From a virus (Duplodnaviria > Caudoviricetes), in IMG/VR virus record IMGVR_UViG_3300045580_000309, positions 1 through 57,982 of that record: a stretch of 57,982 nt of DNA; one strand, written 5' to 3'. Both the position numbers and the translations under genes were made by a program. This document shows positions 1 to 7,947 of this stretch, in pieces. The number at the start of each line of letters is the position of its first letter. The stretch's first letter is position 1. The notes below the pieces were generated by a model, which made no database searches, was not told the origin of the DNA, and was given only the letters and a program-made list of their open reading frames with translations.

Positions 1-395
1 GGTTCGTCGTAGAGTGCTTCGGTTGACGATAGCGTACCGTTAGCAACATACTTCGAGCGCATGGCAAAGATGAGTCCTGTTGGACCACTCATTGGCTGCA
101 CCGAACCGATATCGTATGCAATGATGTTTGGCATTGCTCTACGAACGAGCGAGATCATCACAGGCGAGAAACCTGAGATGTTACCAAGCGAGGTAGCATC
201 TGAACCAGGTCCACCCTGTGCGTATGTTCCGCTCAGAGAGTTTACTGCAACTTCTCTTAGATCACGCTCGGTGTTCTCTAGAAGTACTGCGGTTACATTT
301 TTACGATAAGAGTCCTTGATTTCACCTGCTGATGGGTGGTCAAGTACTGGGGCCCACTTTTCCGTGAGCATGGATGCGTTTGCAATCTTTTCCAT
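1..395 (-). CDS. gp23: Major capsid protein, T4 gp23-like (5' part; runs off the window edge)
   Basis: Not in the ORF track. Manual translation from ATG at 395 (AAGGAG upstream): MEKIANASMLTEKWAPVLDH...YRKNVTAVLLEN...SPVMISLVRRAMPNIIAYDIGSVQPMSGPTGLIFAMRSKY, the characteristic gp23 N-terminal motifs; directly downstream of gp22. Confidence 0.97.
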   Translation of the reverse strand, partial: MEKIANASMLTEKWAPVLDHPSAGEIKDSYRKNVTAVLLENTERDLREVAVNSLSGTYAQGGPGSDATSLGNISGFSPVMISLVRRAMPNIIAYDIGSVQPMSGPTGLIFAMRSKYVANGTLSSTEALYDE

Positions 396-432
396 CTGAA
401 TTCTCCTTGTTATCCTCGGGTGAGGGAGTTAG

Positions 433-1407
433 TTAGTTACGAAACTTTGAAAGTGAGCGCGTGTATGCTTCCATCACAGGCGACAATGACGCTTGTGCTG
501 GCTTTGATTCTTCGATTAGTGTTTCTGCTTGAACTGGAGTCTTTAGGTAAGTCTCTTTCAGAACAGAGAGTTTGTTTTTGTATTCGTCAACCGAATCGAA
601 CTCTACACTCTCTGCAAGACCCTTTAGTTTTTCCACTTCTGATAGTGTAAGGCCTTCAATCGACTCGCTGAAAGCGATGCGTGCTTCCAGTTCACCAATC
701 TTCTTTGCCTTTTCCATGCTGTTCTTGATCTCTTCGTTAACCTGTGTGGTCAACTCTTCAATCTTGGTGTTTGCTGCTTCTAGCACATCCACCTTGTCTT
801 CAGGAATGGTAATGAAATTGTCGGTGAACAGATTGCGTAGACCTTCCATGAAGTTCTCTGCGATCTCTGCACGAAGACTGCGCTCTAGTGCAATCTTGTT
901 TTCCTTGTACCACTCTTCAACAACATACGACAGATACTCGTCAACCTTTTCTGCCAGATCGCTCTGTGTGGTTGCTACTGCTTCTGCGAGTGCTGCTTCA
1001 TAGTGACTCTTCATGTCTGCTTCGCGTTCTGCGATTACAGCACCAAAGATGGTTTCAGCCTTGGTCTTAAAGTCTTCGGATAGGTTCTGACCGTCAAAGA
1101 GAGGAGCAAGATGTTCCTTCATCTTCTTTGGTTCAGGCTTCTTGGCCTCTTCCATGTCGTCTTCCTCTTCGCAGTCATCACACCACGGAAGATCGTCGTC
1201 TTCGTTGCATGAGCATTCCTCTTCCTTCACAACTTTCTTGGCCTCTTCCATCTCTTCTTCGTCCTTCATTTTCTTGGCCTCTTCCATCTCTTCGTCCTTA
1301 CCCTTCTTGCCCTTCTTCTTGTCTTTCAGCCAAGGGGGAAGGCCTTCAGAAACAGGCGCCTTCTTCTCATCAAGTACTTCGTTGCTTTCGCTTTTAGGAT
1401 TGCTCAT
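433..1407 (-). CDS. gp22: Prohead core scaffolding protein, gp22-like
   Basis: LSEDFKTKAETIF, VDEYLSYVVEEW..EN..A.E..LR.EIAENFM.GL..LF motifs; lies between gp21 and gp23. Start moved from 1464 to ATG 1407 (MSNPK), which follows AAAGGAG and a late-promoter motif. Confidence 0.93.
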   Translation of the reverse strand: MSNPKSESNEVLDEKKAPVSEGLPPWLKDKKKGKKGKDEEMEEAKKMKDEEEMEEAKKVVKEEECSCNEDDDLPWCDDCEEEDDMEEAKKPEPKKMKEHLAPLFDGQNLSEDFKTKAETIFGAVIAEREADMKSHYEAALAEAVATTQSDLAEKVDEYLSYVVEEWYKENKIALERSLRAEIAENFMEGLRNLFTDNFITIPEDKVDVLEAANTKIEELTTQVNEEIKNSMEKAKKIGELEARIAFSESIEGLTLSEVEKLKGLAESVEFDSVDEYKNKLSVLKETYLKTPVQAETLIEESKPAQASLSPVMEAYTRSLSKFRN

Positions 1408-1439
1408 CTGTGTCTCCTTTTGAGGTAATGAAACCGATC

Positions 1440-1447
1440 TATTTATG
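1440..1447 (-). promoter_or_regulatory. T4-type late promoter-like motif CATAAATA upstream of gp22
   Basis: Matches the T4 late consensus TATAAATA / cyanophage ATAAATA; about 30 nt upstream of the proposed gp22 start. Confidence 0.7.
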
Positions 1448-1460
1448 CCTAATCTGATTT

Positions 1461-2099
1461 TCACAGACCCCGCAAGAAGGCATTGAATGCTTGCAGTTTT
1501 GCCTCTTCCAAATCACGCTTGGAAGTGCGCTTGATTACTTGTTTGATTGCTTCTACCTGTCTCCAGTTGCCATTTTCATAGACCCAATCCTTACCTTCCA
1601 TGACACCTTCAACGAAAGCGTCAGGAGCAGATGGGTCTGCTACAATGTCTACTGCGGCAAGATTAAAGTCGCTTTGCACTTCGTTGATGCCATCTTTGGT
1701 GGTTTTCAGAGAACCCACACCACGGGAAGACACACCAAACTTAACGCCTTCGTCAATCATGTTCTTGACGATTTTGCCGTATGGAGTGTCCATGACCTTT
1801 GCCTTGCCCCAAATGTTCTTACCGTCCACCTTCATCTCTTTGATGATATGGGAAACACGGTCGAGATTCAGTTGTGGGCCTTCAGGATGGCCTAGTTCAC
1901 CCATTGCGCGGTTCGCTTCTACGAACTCTTTGTTGTAGCGCATGGCTTCCTTAACAAGGACTCCGTTTGGGTACACGCGACCGTTGCGGTTTTTGATATC
2001 AGACTGCATGAAGACGCCTTCAATGAAGTACGCTTTCTTGCCATCACGCTCTTCGGTGATGATCTGAATGTCGTCTGTGTGTTCGGTTATGAGTTTCAT
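1461..2099 (-). CDS. gp21: Prohead core protease, gp21-like
   Basis: MKLITE start, IEGVFMQSDIKNRNGRVYP, GELGHP, GVSSRGVGS, DIVADPSAPDAFV. Confidence 0.97.
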   Translation of the reverse strand: MKLITEHTDDIQIITEERDGKKAYFIEGVFMQSDIKNRNGRVYPNGVLVKEAMRYNKEFVEANRAMGELGHPEGPQLNLDRVSHIIKEMKVDGKNIWGKAKVMDTPYGKIVKNMIDEGVKFGVSSRGVGSLKTTKDGINEVQSDFNLAAVDIVADPSAPDAFVEGVMEGKDWVYENGNWRQVEAIKQVIKRTSKRDLEEAKLQAFNAFLRGL

Positions 2100-2111
2100 T
2101 TGCGCTCCTGT

Positions 2112-2813
2112 TTACTTGCGTTTCATTGCCTTTTTACCTTCATCGCAACCTCTTTTGGTTGCTGTGGTAATCATTTTCTTTGCGTCACCTATGGTCATAA
2201 CATATCGTGGACCATCGGATGATCCACCCTTGAACATATCTTTGACATTCTGTATGAGGTCTGACAGAATTCCTTCTCGGATATCTGTGTTTTCTATCTC
2301 TGTGCTTTCTATCTGTGCAGTAATGGTTGCCTTGTACTTGCTGATGTCTTTGCCTTGCTTGCACAGTTCGTATGCTTTATTGTACGCAGAGCGAATCATG
2401 GTCTGAAAGTCTGCTTGCGTCATGTCGATATCGGTATCATCCGATGCTTCGTCCAATATCGCTCTTAACTCTTCCACAGATTCCACCTGTTTCTTCTTTT
2501 TACCGCGAAGAATCTTGAAGTCTTGACCGTCAAGTTTACCGTTGTGATTCTTGTCCAGTTTCTTCTGATTGGCGTTCATCTCTTCCACTTCAGAGCAACC
2601 GCAGTCTTCTGCCACTTGTTCATCGCATGAGCAGTTGCAGTCGCCCTTTGCTTCTGCTGTGGCGCAAGGGCCGTAAGTTACCGCTGCAATGCAACGCCGC
2701 TTGTCTTCCAAGTACACCTTGGCTTTCTGAGCAAGCAGAGCGTGAATGCTTTTCTTGGCGTCAATGATGTTTTCGTCAAGAATCTGAGATAGTACTGTTT
2801 CTGATGTAAGCAT
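2112..2813 (-). CDS. Prohead core / internal head protein with gp67-like N-terminus and an EF-hand-like loop
   Basis: N-terminal helix pattern (VLSQILDENIIDAKKSIHALLAQKAKVYLEDKR) resembles T4 gp67; position just upstream of gp21; DKNHNGKLDGQD loop. Confidence 0.6.
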   Translation of the reverse strand: MLTSETVLSQILDENIIDAKKSIHALLAQKAKVYLEDKRRCIAAVTYGPCATAEAKGDCNCSCDEQVAEDCGCSEVEEMNANQKKLDKNHNGKLDGQDFKILRGKKKKQVESVEELRAILDEASDDTDIDMTQADFQTMIRSAYNKAYELCKQGKDISKYKATITAQIESTEIENTDIREGILSDLIQNVKDMFKGGSSDGPRYVMTIGDAKKMITTATKRGCDEGKKAMKRK

Positions 2814-2825
2814 AGATGACCTCTA

Positions 2826-4601
2826 TTAGAATGTGCCTGCGTCAATTGTTTTGTTGGTCAGGGTTTCACTACCAGCAAGTGTAGCCAGAGTACCTGTGGT
2901 CGGTAGAGTGACATTGGTTGTGCCTGTTTGGGTAAGTGTCAGGGCAAACGCACCCGAGGTTATCAGGTTTCCACCAAGCGTAATGGTGCTTGAGCCGTTG
3001 TTTACACCTGTACCGCCATAGGTTCCAGTAATGATTGAACCGTTCCAAGTACCGCTAGTAACTGTTCCAACGGTTGTGATGGAAGATAGGTTGCCTGTGG
3101 TAATGAAAGTACCTGTAGCATTTGGAAGCGTTAGAGTTCCACCTGCCGATGCCGTGGACACTACAGTTACTGTTCCACTTGAAGAACCTGCAAAAGTTGC
3201 TCCACTTCCTCCGATTGCAGGAGTGGTTAGATTTGGAGAAGTCAAAGTCTTATTGGTGAAAGTTTCTGATCCTGCCAGTGTTGCAAGTGTACCTGTGGTC
3301 GGTAGGGTGACATTGGTTGTGGCCGTTTGCGTAAGCGTTAGCGCAAACGCACCCGAGGTTGTCAGGTTTCCACCTAGTGTAATGGTCTTTCCTGAGTTGT
3401 TTACACCTGTACCACCGTATTGTCCTGCAATCAACGAACCATTCCAAGTACCACTAGTAACCGTTCCAACGGTTGTGATGGAAGACAGGTTGCCTGTAGT
3501 GATTACTGTGCCTGTTGCATCGGGAAAAGTCCATGTGCGGGTATTAGAAAGTGTTGCAGTTTTGAGATCACCGCTGAATGGTCCTGCAACCAATCCTGCT
3601 GGATCAGATACTATTCGCAGGAATCCTTCCGTACCTAGTGGCGTTCCGTTTAGTTGCAACCATCCTGCATCAAGGTTAGCGTATGTGCTTGCTTGATTGC
3701 TTGCGTGACCGATCAGACTTAAATCTGCATCGTATGTGTTGTCGCCTTTCAGAACCAATGTACTAGCACTAACGCTCTTTAACAAGTTGGTCTTGATGGT
3801 TCCGAGAGTTCCTGAGAATACTTCTGATGTGTTTGTTGCATCAGGAATAAACATGAAAGTGCTGTCGGTATCATCGAATCCAAAGAAACCAACTTTAGCG
3901 GCGCTGCCGTTGTGCCAACGGAACTCAATACCACGGTCTTTGTTGTCGTCGCTGCCTGGAGCAGTATCTCCACCAAGAGTAAAGATAGGATCGTCTACAG
4001 TTGTGGTGGTACTGTTTACTGTGGTGGTTGTGCCGTTAACTATAAGGTTTCCTGTTACCGTCAGGACTCCACCGATGGTGACATTGTTTGGCAGGCCAAC
4101 TGTAATGGTTGTACCGCTTACAGATGTTTCTACTTCGTTTGCAGTACCTGCAACCGTAATGGTGCCGCTTGAAGTGATTGCGGTGCCTGTGCCCGAGTCT
4201 GCGGCGGGAGTAATACTGGTAACTGTACCGCCACCGAGAGTACTAGCGATAGTAACGCTATCGGTAGTGGCATTGGTTGTGATTTGAATACCAGTTCCCG
4301 CAACAAGGGTCAGCGTGTCACCTGAGATACTAGTGTCGGCAACCACATCGCTTTGACCGCTTACCGAGATGGTCTTAAAGTACGCCAGATTGTCTACTGC
4401 ATCGGTGTAGTACTTACCACCAACCGCAATAACATTTGTGCCAGCAACGCTGTTCTGAATGCCCAAATACACCTTGTTGGACGCACCGTTATTGGTGCTG
4501 TCCATTGTAGTGGCAAGTTCACCAATCGCTAGATCGGTTACTGCAACTGGAGCAGTTGTGCCTGTACTGCGCTTAATCTTAATGGTATTCGTGGTGGGCA
4601 T
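2826..4601 (-). CDS. Fibre-like virion protein (591 aa, Thr/Gly-rich)
   Basis: N-terminal IKIKRS...LAIGELA fibre-anchor motif; GNLIVNGTTTTVNSTTTTVDDPIFTLG...DRGIEFRW motif seen in T4-like phage fibres; internal duplication; C-terminal IDAGTF. Confidence 0.75.
   Translation of the reverse strand: MPTTNTIKIKRSTGTTAPVAVTDLAIGELATTMDSTNNGASNKVYLGIQNSVAGTNVIAVGGKYYTDAVDNLAYFKTISVSGQSDVVADTSISGDTLTLVAGTGIQITTNATTDSVTIASTLGGGTVTSITPAADSGTGTAITSSGTITVAGTANEVETSVSGTTITVGLPNNVTIGGVLTVTGNLIVNGTTTTVNSTTTTVDDPIFTLGGDTAPGSDDNKDRGIEFRWHNGSAAKVGFFGFDDTDSTFMFIPDATNTSEVFSGTLGTIKTNLLKSVSASTLVLKGDNTYDADLSLIGHASNQASTYANLDAGWLQLNGTPLGTEGFLRIVSDPAGLVAGPFSGDLKTATLSNTRTWTFPDATGTVITTGNLSSITTVGTVTSGTWNGSLIAGQYGGTGVNNSGKTITLGGNLTTSGAFALTLTQTATTNVTLPTTGTLATLAGSETFTNKTLTSPNLTTPAIGGSGATFAGSSSGTVTVVSTASAGGTLTLPNATGTFITTGNLSSITTVGTVTSGTWNGSIITGTYGGTGVNNGSSTITLGGNLITSGAFALTLTQTGTTNVTLPTTGTLATLAGSETLTNKTIDAGTF
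2860..3520 (-). repeat. Internal duplication (two copies ~405 bp apart) in the 591-aa fibre gene
   Basis: Peptide TGNLSSITTVGTVTSGTWNGS...YGGTGVNN...TITLGGNL.TSGAFALTLTQT.TTNVTLPTTGTLATLAGSET.TNKT occurs twice; DNA is also similar. Boundaries approximate. Confidence 0.9.
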
Positions 4602-4613
4602 TGCTTTCTCCTG

Positions 4614-4727
4614 TTAGAACCACACAACTCGTGATTCAGGTGCCTGTTGTCGTATCGTAATCCTATTTATGGACCTAACAATCACAACAGGAGTTCTGGC
4701 TACTGTTACGCGCACACGATACCTCAT
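4614..4727 (-). CDS. Small Arg/Val-rich hypothetical protein (37 aa)
   Basis: Manual translation MRYRVRVTVARTPVVIVRSINRITIRQQAPESRVVWF*; ATGA overlap with the upstream stop; fills the gap up to the RBS of the next gene. Confidence 0.6.
   Translation of the reverse strand: MRYRVRVTVARTPVVIVRSINRITIRQQAPESRVVWF
4664..4671 (-). promoter_or_regulatory. Late promoter-like motif CATAAATA upstream of the 591-aa fibre gene
   Basis: Same octamer as upstream of gp22 and gp18; lies inside the 37-aa ORF. Confidence 0.55.
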
Positions 4728-5125
4728 CGTATCGCTCCTGATTCCACTACAAACCGCCCGCGCACCAGTTTAAGTGGGTCTAGTGCGTTTACCAGTTTAA
4801 TCTCGTAGAAGTATTTGCCAGGAGGAACAGCAGACATGGTATCTGCTTCCACTTCTAGCAGAATATTACCTGTTATGCCACCGTATGTGAGGGTGAATCC
4901 ACCGTCGTATCCTGTTACACCTTCAACTGTAACATCCGAATCATCCACTTCCAATACCACTTCAGTATTGATTTCTTCGGTGGATCGGCGCACTTGCATT
5001 AGGGCATGGGTGTATCCTGATGCACCTGTTAGATTAACGCCAGTTTCATTAGAGTCTTCGTATAGAAACTCTATCTCCAGTTTGGCTCCCTGTTCGGTGT
5101 AGATGTCGTAGATTGGAGTTGGCAT
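4724..5125 (-). CDS. Small beta-sandwich virion protein (fibre adaptor; BppU-N/LtfC-like)
   Basis: Pattern IY.EQGA...NLTG..Y.A.MQVRRS...G.I.L......T..VPPGKYFYEIKL...LVRGRFVV is typical of this phage structural family. Confidence 0.6.
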   Translation of the reverse strand: MPTPIYDIYTEQGAKLEIEFLYEDSNETGVNLTGASGYTHALMQVRRSTEEINTEVVLEVDDSDVTVEGVTGYDGGFTLTYGGITGNILLEVEADTMSAVPPGKYFYEIKLVNALDPLKLVRGRFVVESGAIR

Positions 5126-5127
5126 CT

Positions 5128-7311
5128 TTACGCCTTGGGTTTGGGTGCGGGTTTAGCAGCAGGAGGTTTTGGTTTAGCGCCTGGAACTGCTGGCGCAGCA
5201 GGAACCACGGGTGGTGGATTCTTGTCTATTTCTATAGGATCGAATATAGCGTTAATCTGCTCGGGTGTTAGTGTTGGGAATGCGGCGTCTACTAGAGCCT
5301 TACCAACATCCTTTGGAAGCAGTCCCATCTTAACATTGGTAACAATGGTAAGCAGACTTTCTACCTGTGCGCCATTCAGAGCAGTATCCTGTACTGCTGT
5401 AGCGCCAGCAGCACCTACATTACCAGTTACAGCGCCTCCATCAGCAGGAACCTGTGCATTTGGATCGTTTGGTGTAGCACTCATGGCTGGGTCTTTCTCA
5501 GAACCAATGGTGTGTAGTCCACCGTCCATGTGGCGGGTAATGTCATCGGGTGCTTGATCGTATCCTGCACCGTATGCCTTAGCACCACCAAGAGCCTTGA
5601 TAAGGTCTGGGCGTGGTTCTGGCTTGATACCTGCTGCCTTCTCGGTTTCAATCTCTTTATCCATGGCAGCAATTTCTGATGGATTCTGCTGCAAGATGTT
5701 TCTGCGAATGTATCCGAGCGAGTAGTACTTGCCAATATACTTGTCAATGGTTTCAAGAGCGTCAATACGAGTCTTGATTTGCTGAGTGTCGCGCTCGCCG
5801 CTAATGATGCCTTCTTTCTTCTCGGCAGTCACTTGTGAATCCAATTCTGCAACCAACTCTTCAGGTTGCATAAGGATGTGCTTGCGTATCCACGCAGTAG
5901 AGAAGTATCTACCAACATAAGCGTCTACGCTTGTCAGCAACTCCAATCTGCTCTTCATAATCTCTGCGTTCTTGAGTTCTGTGAAATGAGAATCGCGCAG
6001 ATAGTCCAAGTGAATCTTGAACTCTATGTCAGGCCATTCTTCGGGACGAATGATTTTCTTGAGCAGCAACTGTCTACGCAGAATCTGCAAGAATAGACCG
6101 TTAAACTTGCTGCGTAGTTTGCTTACAAACTTGGAGAACTTTAGTTCGTCGCGGGTGATTTCGCTTGATCTGCCCAGATTGAATCCGTTGTTTGATTCAA
6201 GTCTAGAAATGGGGACATTCAACGATCTGTAGAGTTTCTTCTTGAAGTACTCCACATCCTGCATCTCGCTAAGATTCTGTCCGCCTGGTAGAGTTTGAAT
6301 CTCTGTGCCTTTTCCGCCTTCGCGTCTGGGCAACCAGTAGTCTTCAAGCATACTCAGGTGACGCTTTTCATCTCTGAGTTCGCCTGTGTTTGCATCGTAA
6401 ACCAGTTTGTTACGATACTTGTTCATCAGGCTTCTCATGTACTCTTCTGCCTTCATTTTGGGCAGAGAACCAATGTCGATGTAGAAGATTCTACGCTCAG
6501 GTGCGCGAGAGATTCGGTAGATTACTACCGCGTCTTCAATCATACGCAACTGGTTCAGCGGTTTAATTGCCTTGTGCAGGTAACTGATGATTAGTTTCTT
6601 GTTGGGATCAAACAGTCCTGAGTTAATGTACGCGATTGATTCGGTGCTGATCTTTACTGCTTGACCGCTGCTACCACCCATGCCTGGTTTAGCGGTATCA
6701 GGAGTAAACAGGAAGTACTCTTGAACCTCACCCACAAGATCAATGTTGGTGCCTGGTTGCTTTTCCTTCTTTACCTCTTGAACCTTACGGATGGTCAGAG
6801 GATCGACAAATCTGAGTTCTTGAATTCCCTTGCCTTGCTGTTGAGGATCAACAATCATGTGGAAGTAGATGCGGCCGTCCACATACCACTTTCTAAAGAT
6901 TTCGTATCCTCTGTCGTTGAAGTCTAGCATTCGTAGAATCTTGTCAAACTCTTCTCGAATGGCGTCCTTCACTTTGTCTGGCATTTCAACATCATCAAGC
7001 ACGATGCGAACTGTGGGTGTTCCTTCTTCAGTAACAATGGCTTCGTTAATGATATCATCCACGGCGCTTTCTATTTCGCCGTGGTTAATCATGCCTCTGT
7101 ACTGTATGATTTGGCTGTTATCGTCCCGTATTTGACCGTCTAGGTCAAGTGTGGATGCGTAAAAGCCTGACGGTGCAACTTCTAAAGATGCGGTTCCATC
7201 ATCGGTAGGGGCGACAACAGATTTTAGTCTGTTGCCGCCCCCGCTGTCCGATTCACCGTTATCTTTGCGCCGTCTTCCGAGTGGAAAGCCAAACAGATCG
7301 CTCAAAGCCAT
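5128..7311 (-). CDS. gp20: Portal vertex protein, gp20-like, with C-terminal extension (727 aa)
   Basis: FRKWYVDGRIYFH, SYLHKAIKPLNQLRMIEDAVVIYRISRAPERRIFYIDIG.LPK.KAE.Y, MLEDYWLPRREGGKGTEI.TLPGGQNL, EITRDELKF. Confidence 0.98.
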   Translation of the reverse strand: MALSDLFGFPLGRRRKDNGESDSGGGNRLKSVVAPTDDGTASLEVAPSGFYASTLDLDGQIRDDNSQIIQYRGMINHGEIESAVDDIINEAIVTEEGTPTVRIVLDDVEMPDKVKDAIREEFDKILRMLDFNDRGYEIFRKWYVDGRIYFHMIVDPQQQGKGIQELRFVDPLTIRKVQEVKKEKQPGTNIDLVGEVQEYFLFTPDTAKPGMGGSSGQAVKISTESIAYINSGLFDPNKKLIISYLHKAIKPLNQLRMIEDAVVIYRISRAPERRIFYIDIGSLPKMKAEEYMRSLMNKYRNKLVYDANTGELRDEKRHLSMLEDYWLPRREGGKGTEIQTLPGGQNLSEMQDVEYFKKKLYRSLNVPISRLESNNGFNLGRSSEITRDELKFSKFVSKLRSKFNGLFLQILRRQLLLKKIIRPEEWPDIEFKIHLDYLRDSHFTELKNAEIMKSRLELLTSVDAYVGRYFSTAWIRKHILMQPEELVAELDSQVTAEKKEGIISGERDTQQIKTRIDALETIDKYIGKYYSLGYIRRNILQQNPSEIAAMDKEIETEKAAGIKPEPRPDLIKALGGAKAYGAGYDQAPDDITRHMDGGLHTIGSEKDPAMSATPNDPNAQVPADGGAVTGNVGAAGATAVQDTALNGAQVESLLTIVTNVKMGLLPKDVGKALVDAAFPTLTPEQINAIFDPIEIDKNPPPVVPAAPAVPGAKPKPPAAKPAPKPKA

Positions 7312-7343
7312 AATTTAATCCTCTCACCTTTTGATGACTACTA

Positions 7344-7925
7344 TTAGGTAGTCGTGATCTCTGCTGCCTCGCCGTCACGGACGCTTGGATTCTGTGGAGT
7401 TTCGACCATCCACCACGAGTATGCCCATTGAATCTCGAACTCTTCGATAGCGTCGTTGCTGTCGGCTGCGAGTTCGATTGCTGCCACCTGTGAAGGCCAA
7501 GCGTGCTTGAACTTGTAAGTACGCAAGCCCTTGCCGTCAAGGTGGTGAAGTTGGGTAACTGTGATGTCTGTACTGTACAGAGTGATATCAGTTTCTCCAA
7601 TGTTTCCTTCGTGCGAGTGGATGGCATTTTGCCATGCTTCCATTGCACGACGAACCTTGAAGTCGGTATCGTTGATTACTGTGGTGTTCCATGTTTCTTC
7701 AAACTGGCGAACACCCGCAACATAGATGTTGCGTCCGCGATACGGAACAGCAATCTTGGTTACTTCTGACATTGGAAGCGATGCTGCCTTGCACAAGTAT
7801 GTGATCTTTGAGAGTTCCTGTGTGCCACCGATCTTTGGTTGGCTACCACAGAAAACCTCGAAGATGTTTGGACGAGCGCCGCCGCCCTTTAGATTTGCTG
7901 CGAAATCAGTTACTTTGATTGCCAT
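7344..7925 (-). CDS. gp19: Tail tube protein, gp19-like
   Basis: GGGARPNIFEV, CKAASLP, YRGR.I..AG.R.FE.W..TVINDTDF, AWPS.V.AI.L...SND.IEEF; follows the sheath gene. Confidence 0.96.
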   Translation of the reverse strand: MAIKVTDFAANLKGGGARPNIFEVFCGSQPKIGGTQELSKITYLCKAASLPMSEVTKIAVPYRGRNIYVAGVRQFEETWNTTVINDTDFKVRRAMEAWQNAIHSHEGNIGETDITLYSTDITVTQLHHLDGKGLRTYKFKHAWPSQVAAIELAADSNDAIEEFEIQWAYSWWMVETPQNPSVRDGEAAEITTT

Positions 7926-7947
7926 TGCTTTCTCCTTTTACGATTGA

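Noticed and set aside
410-430. Small hairpin (CCTC-ACCC-GAGG) between gp22 and gp23 as a terminator
   Set aside because: Stem is only about 4 bp with no U-tract; too weak to call.
1408-1464. Longer ORF-track starts for gp22 (1464), paralogue B (30427) and the 142-aa ORF (55205)
   Set aside because: Each overlaps the upstream gene or a promoter motif; downstream ATGs have better RBS, coupling or family-consistent N-termini.
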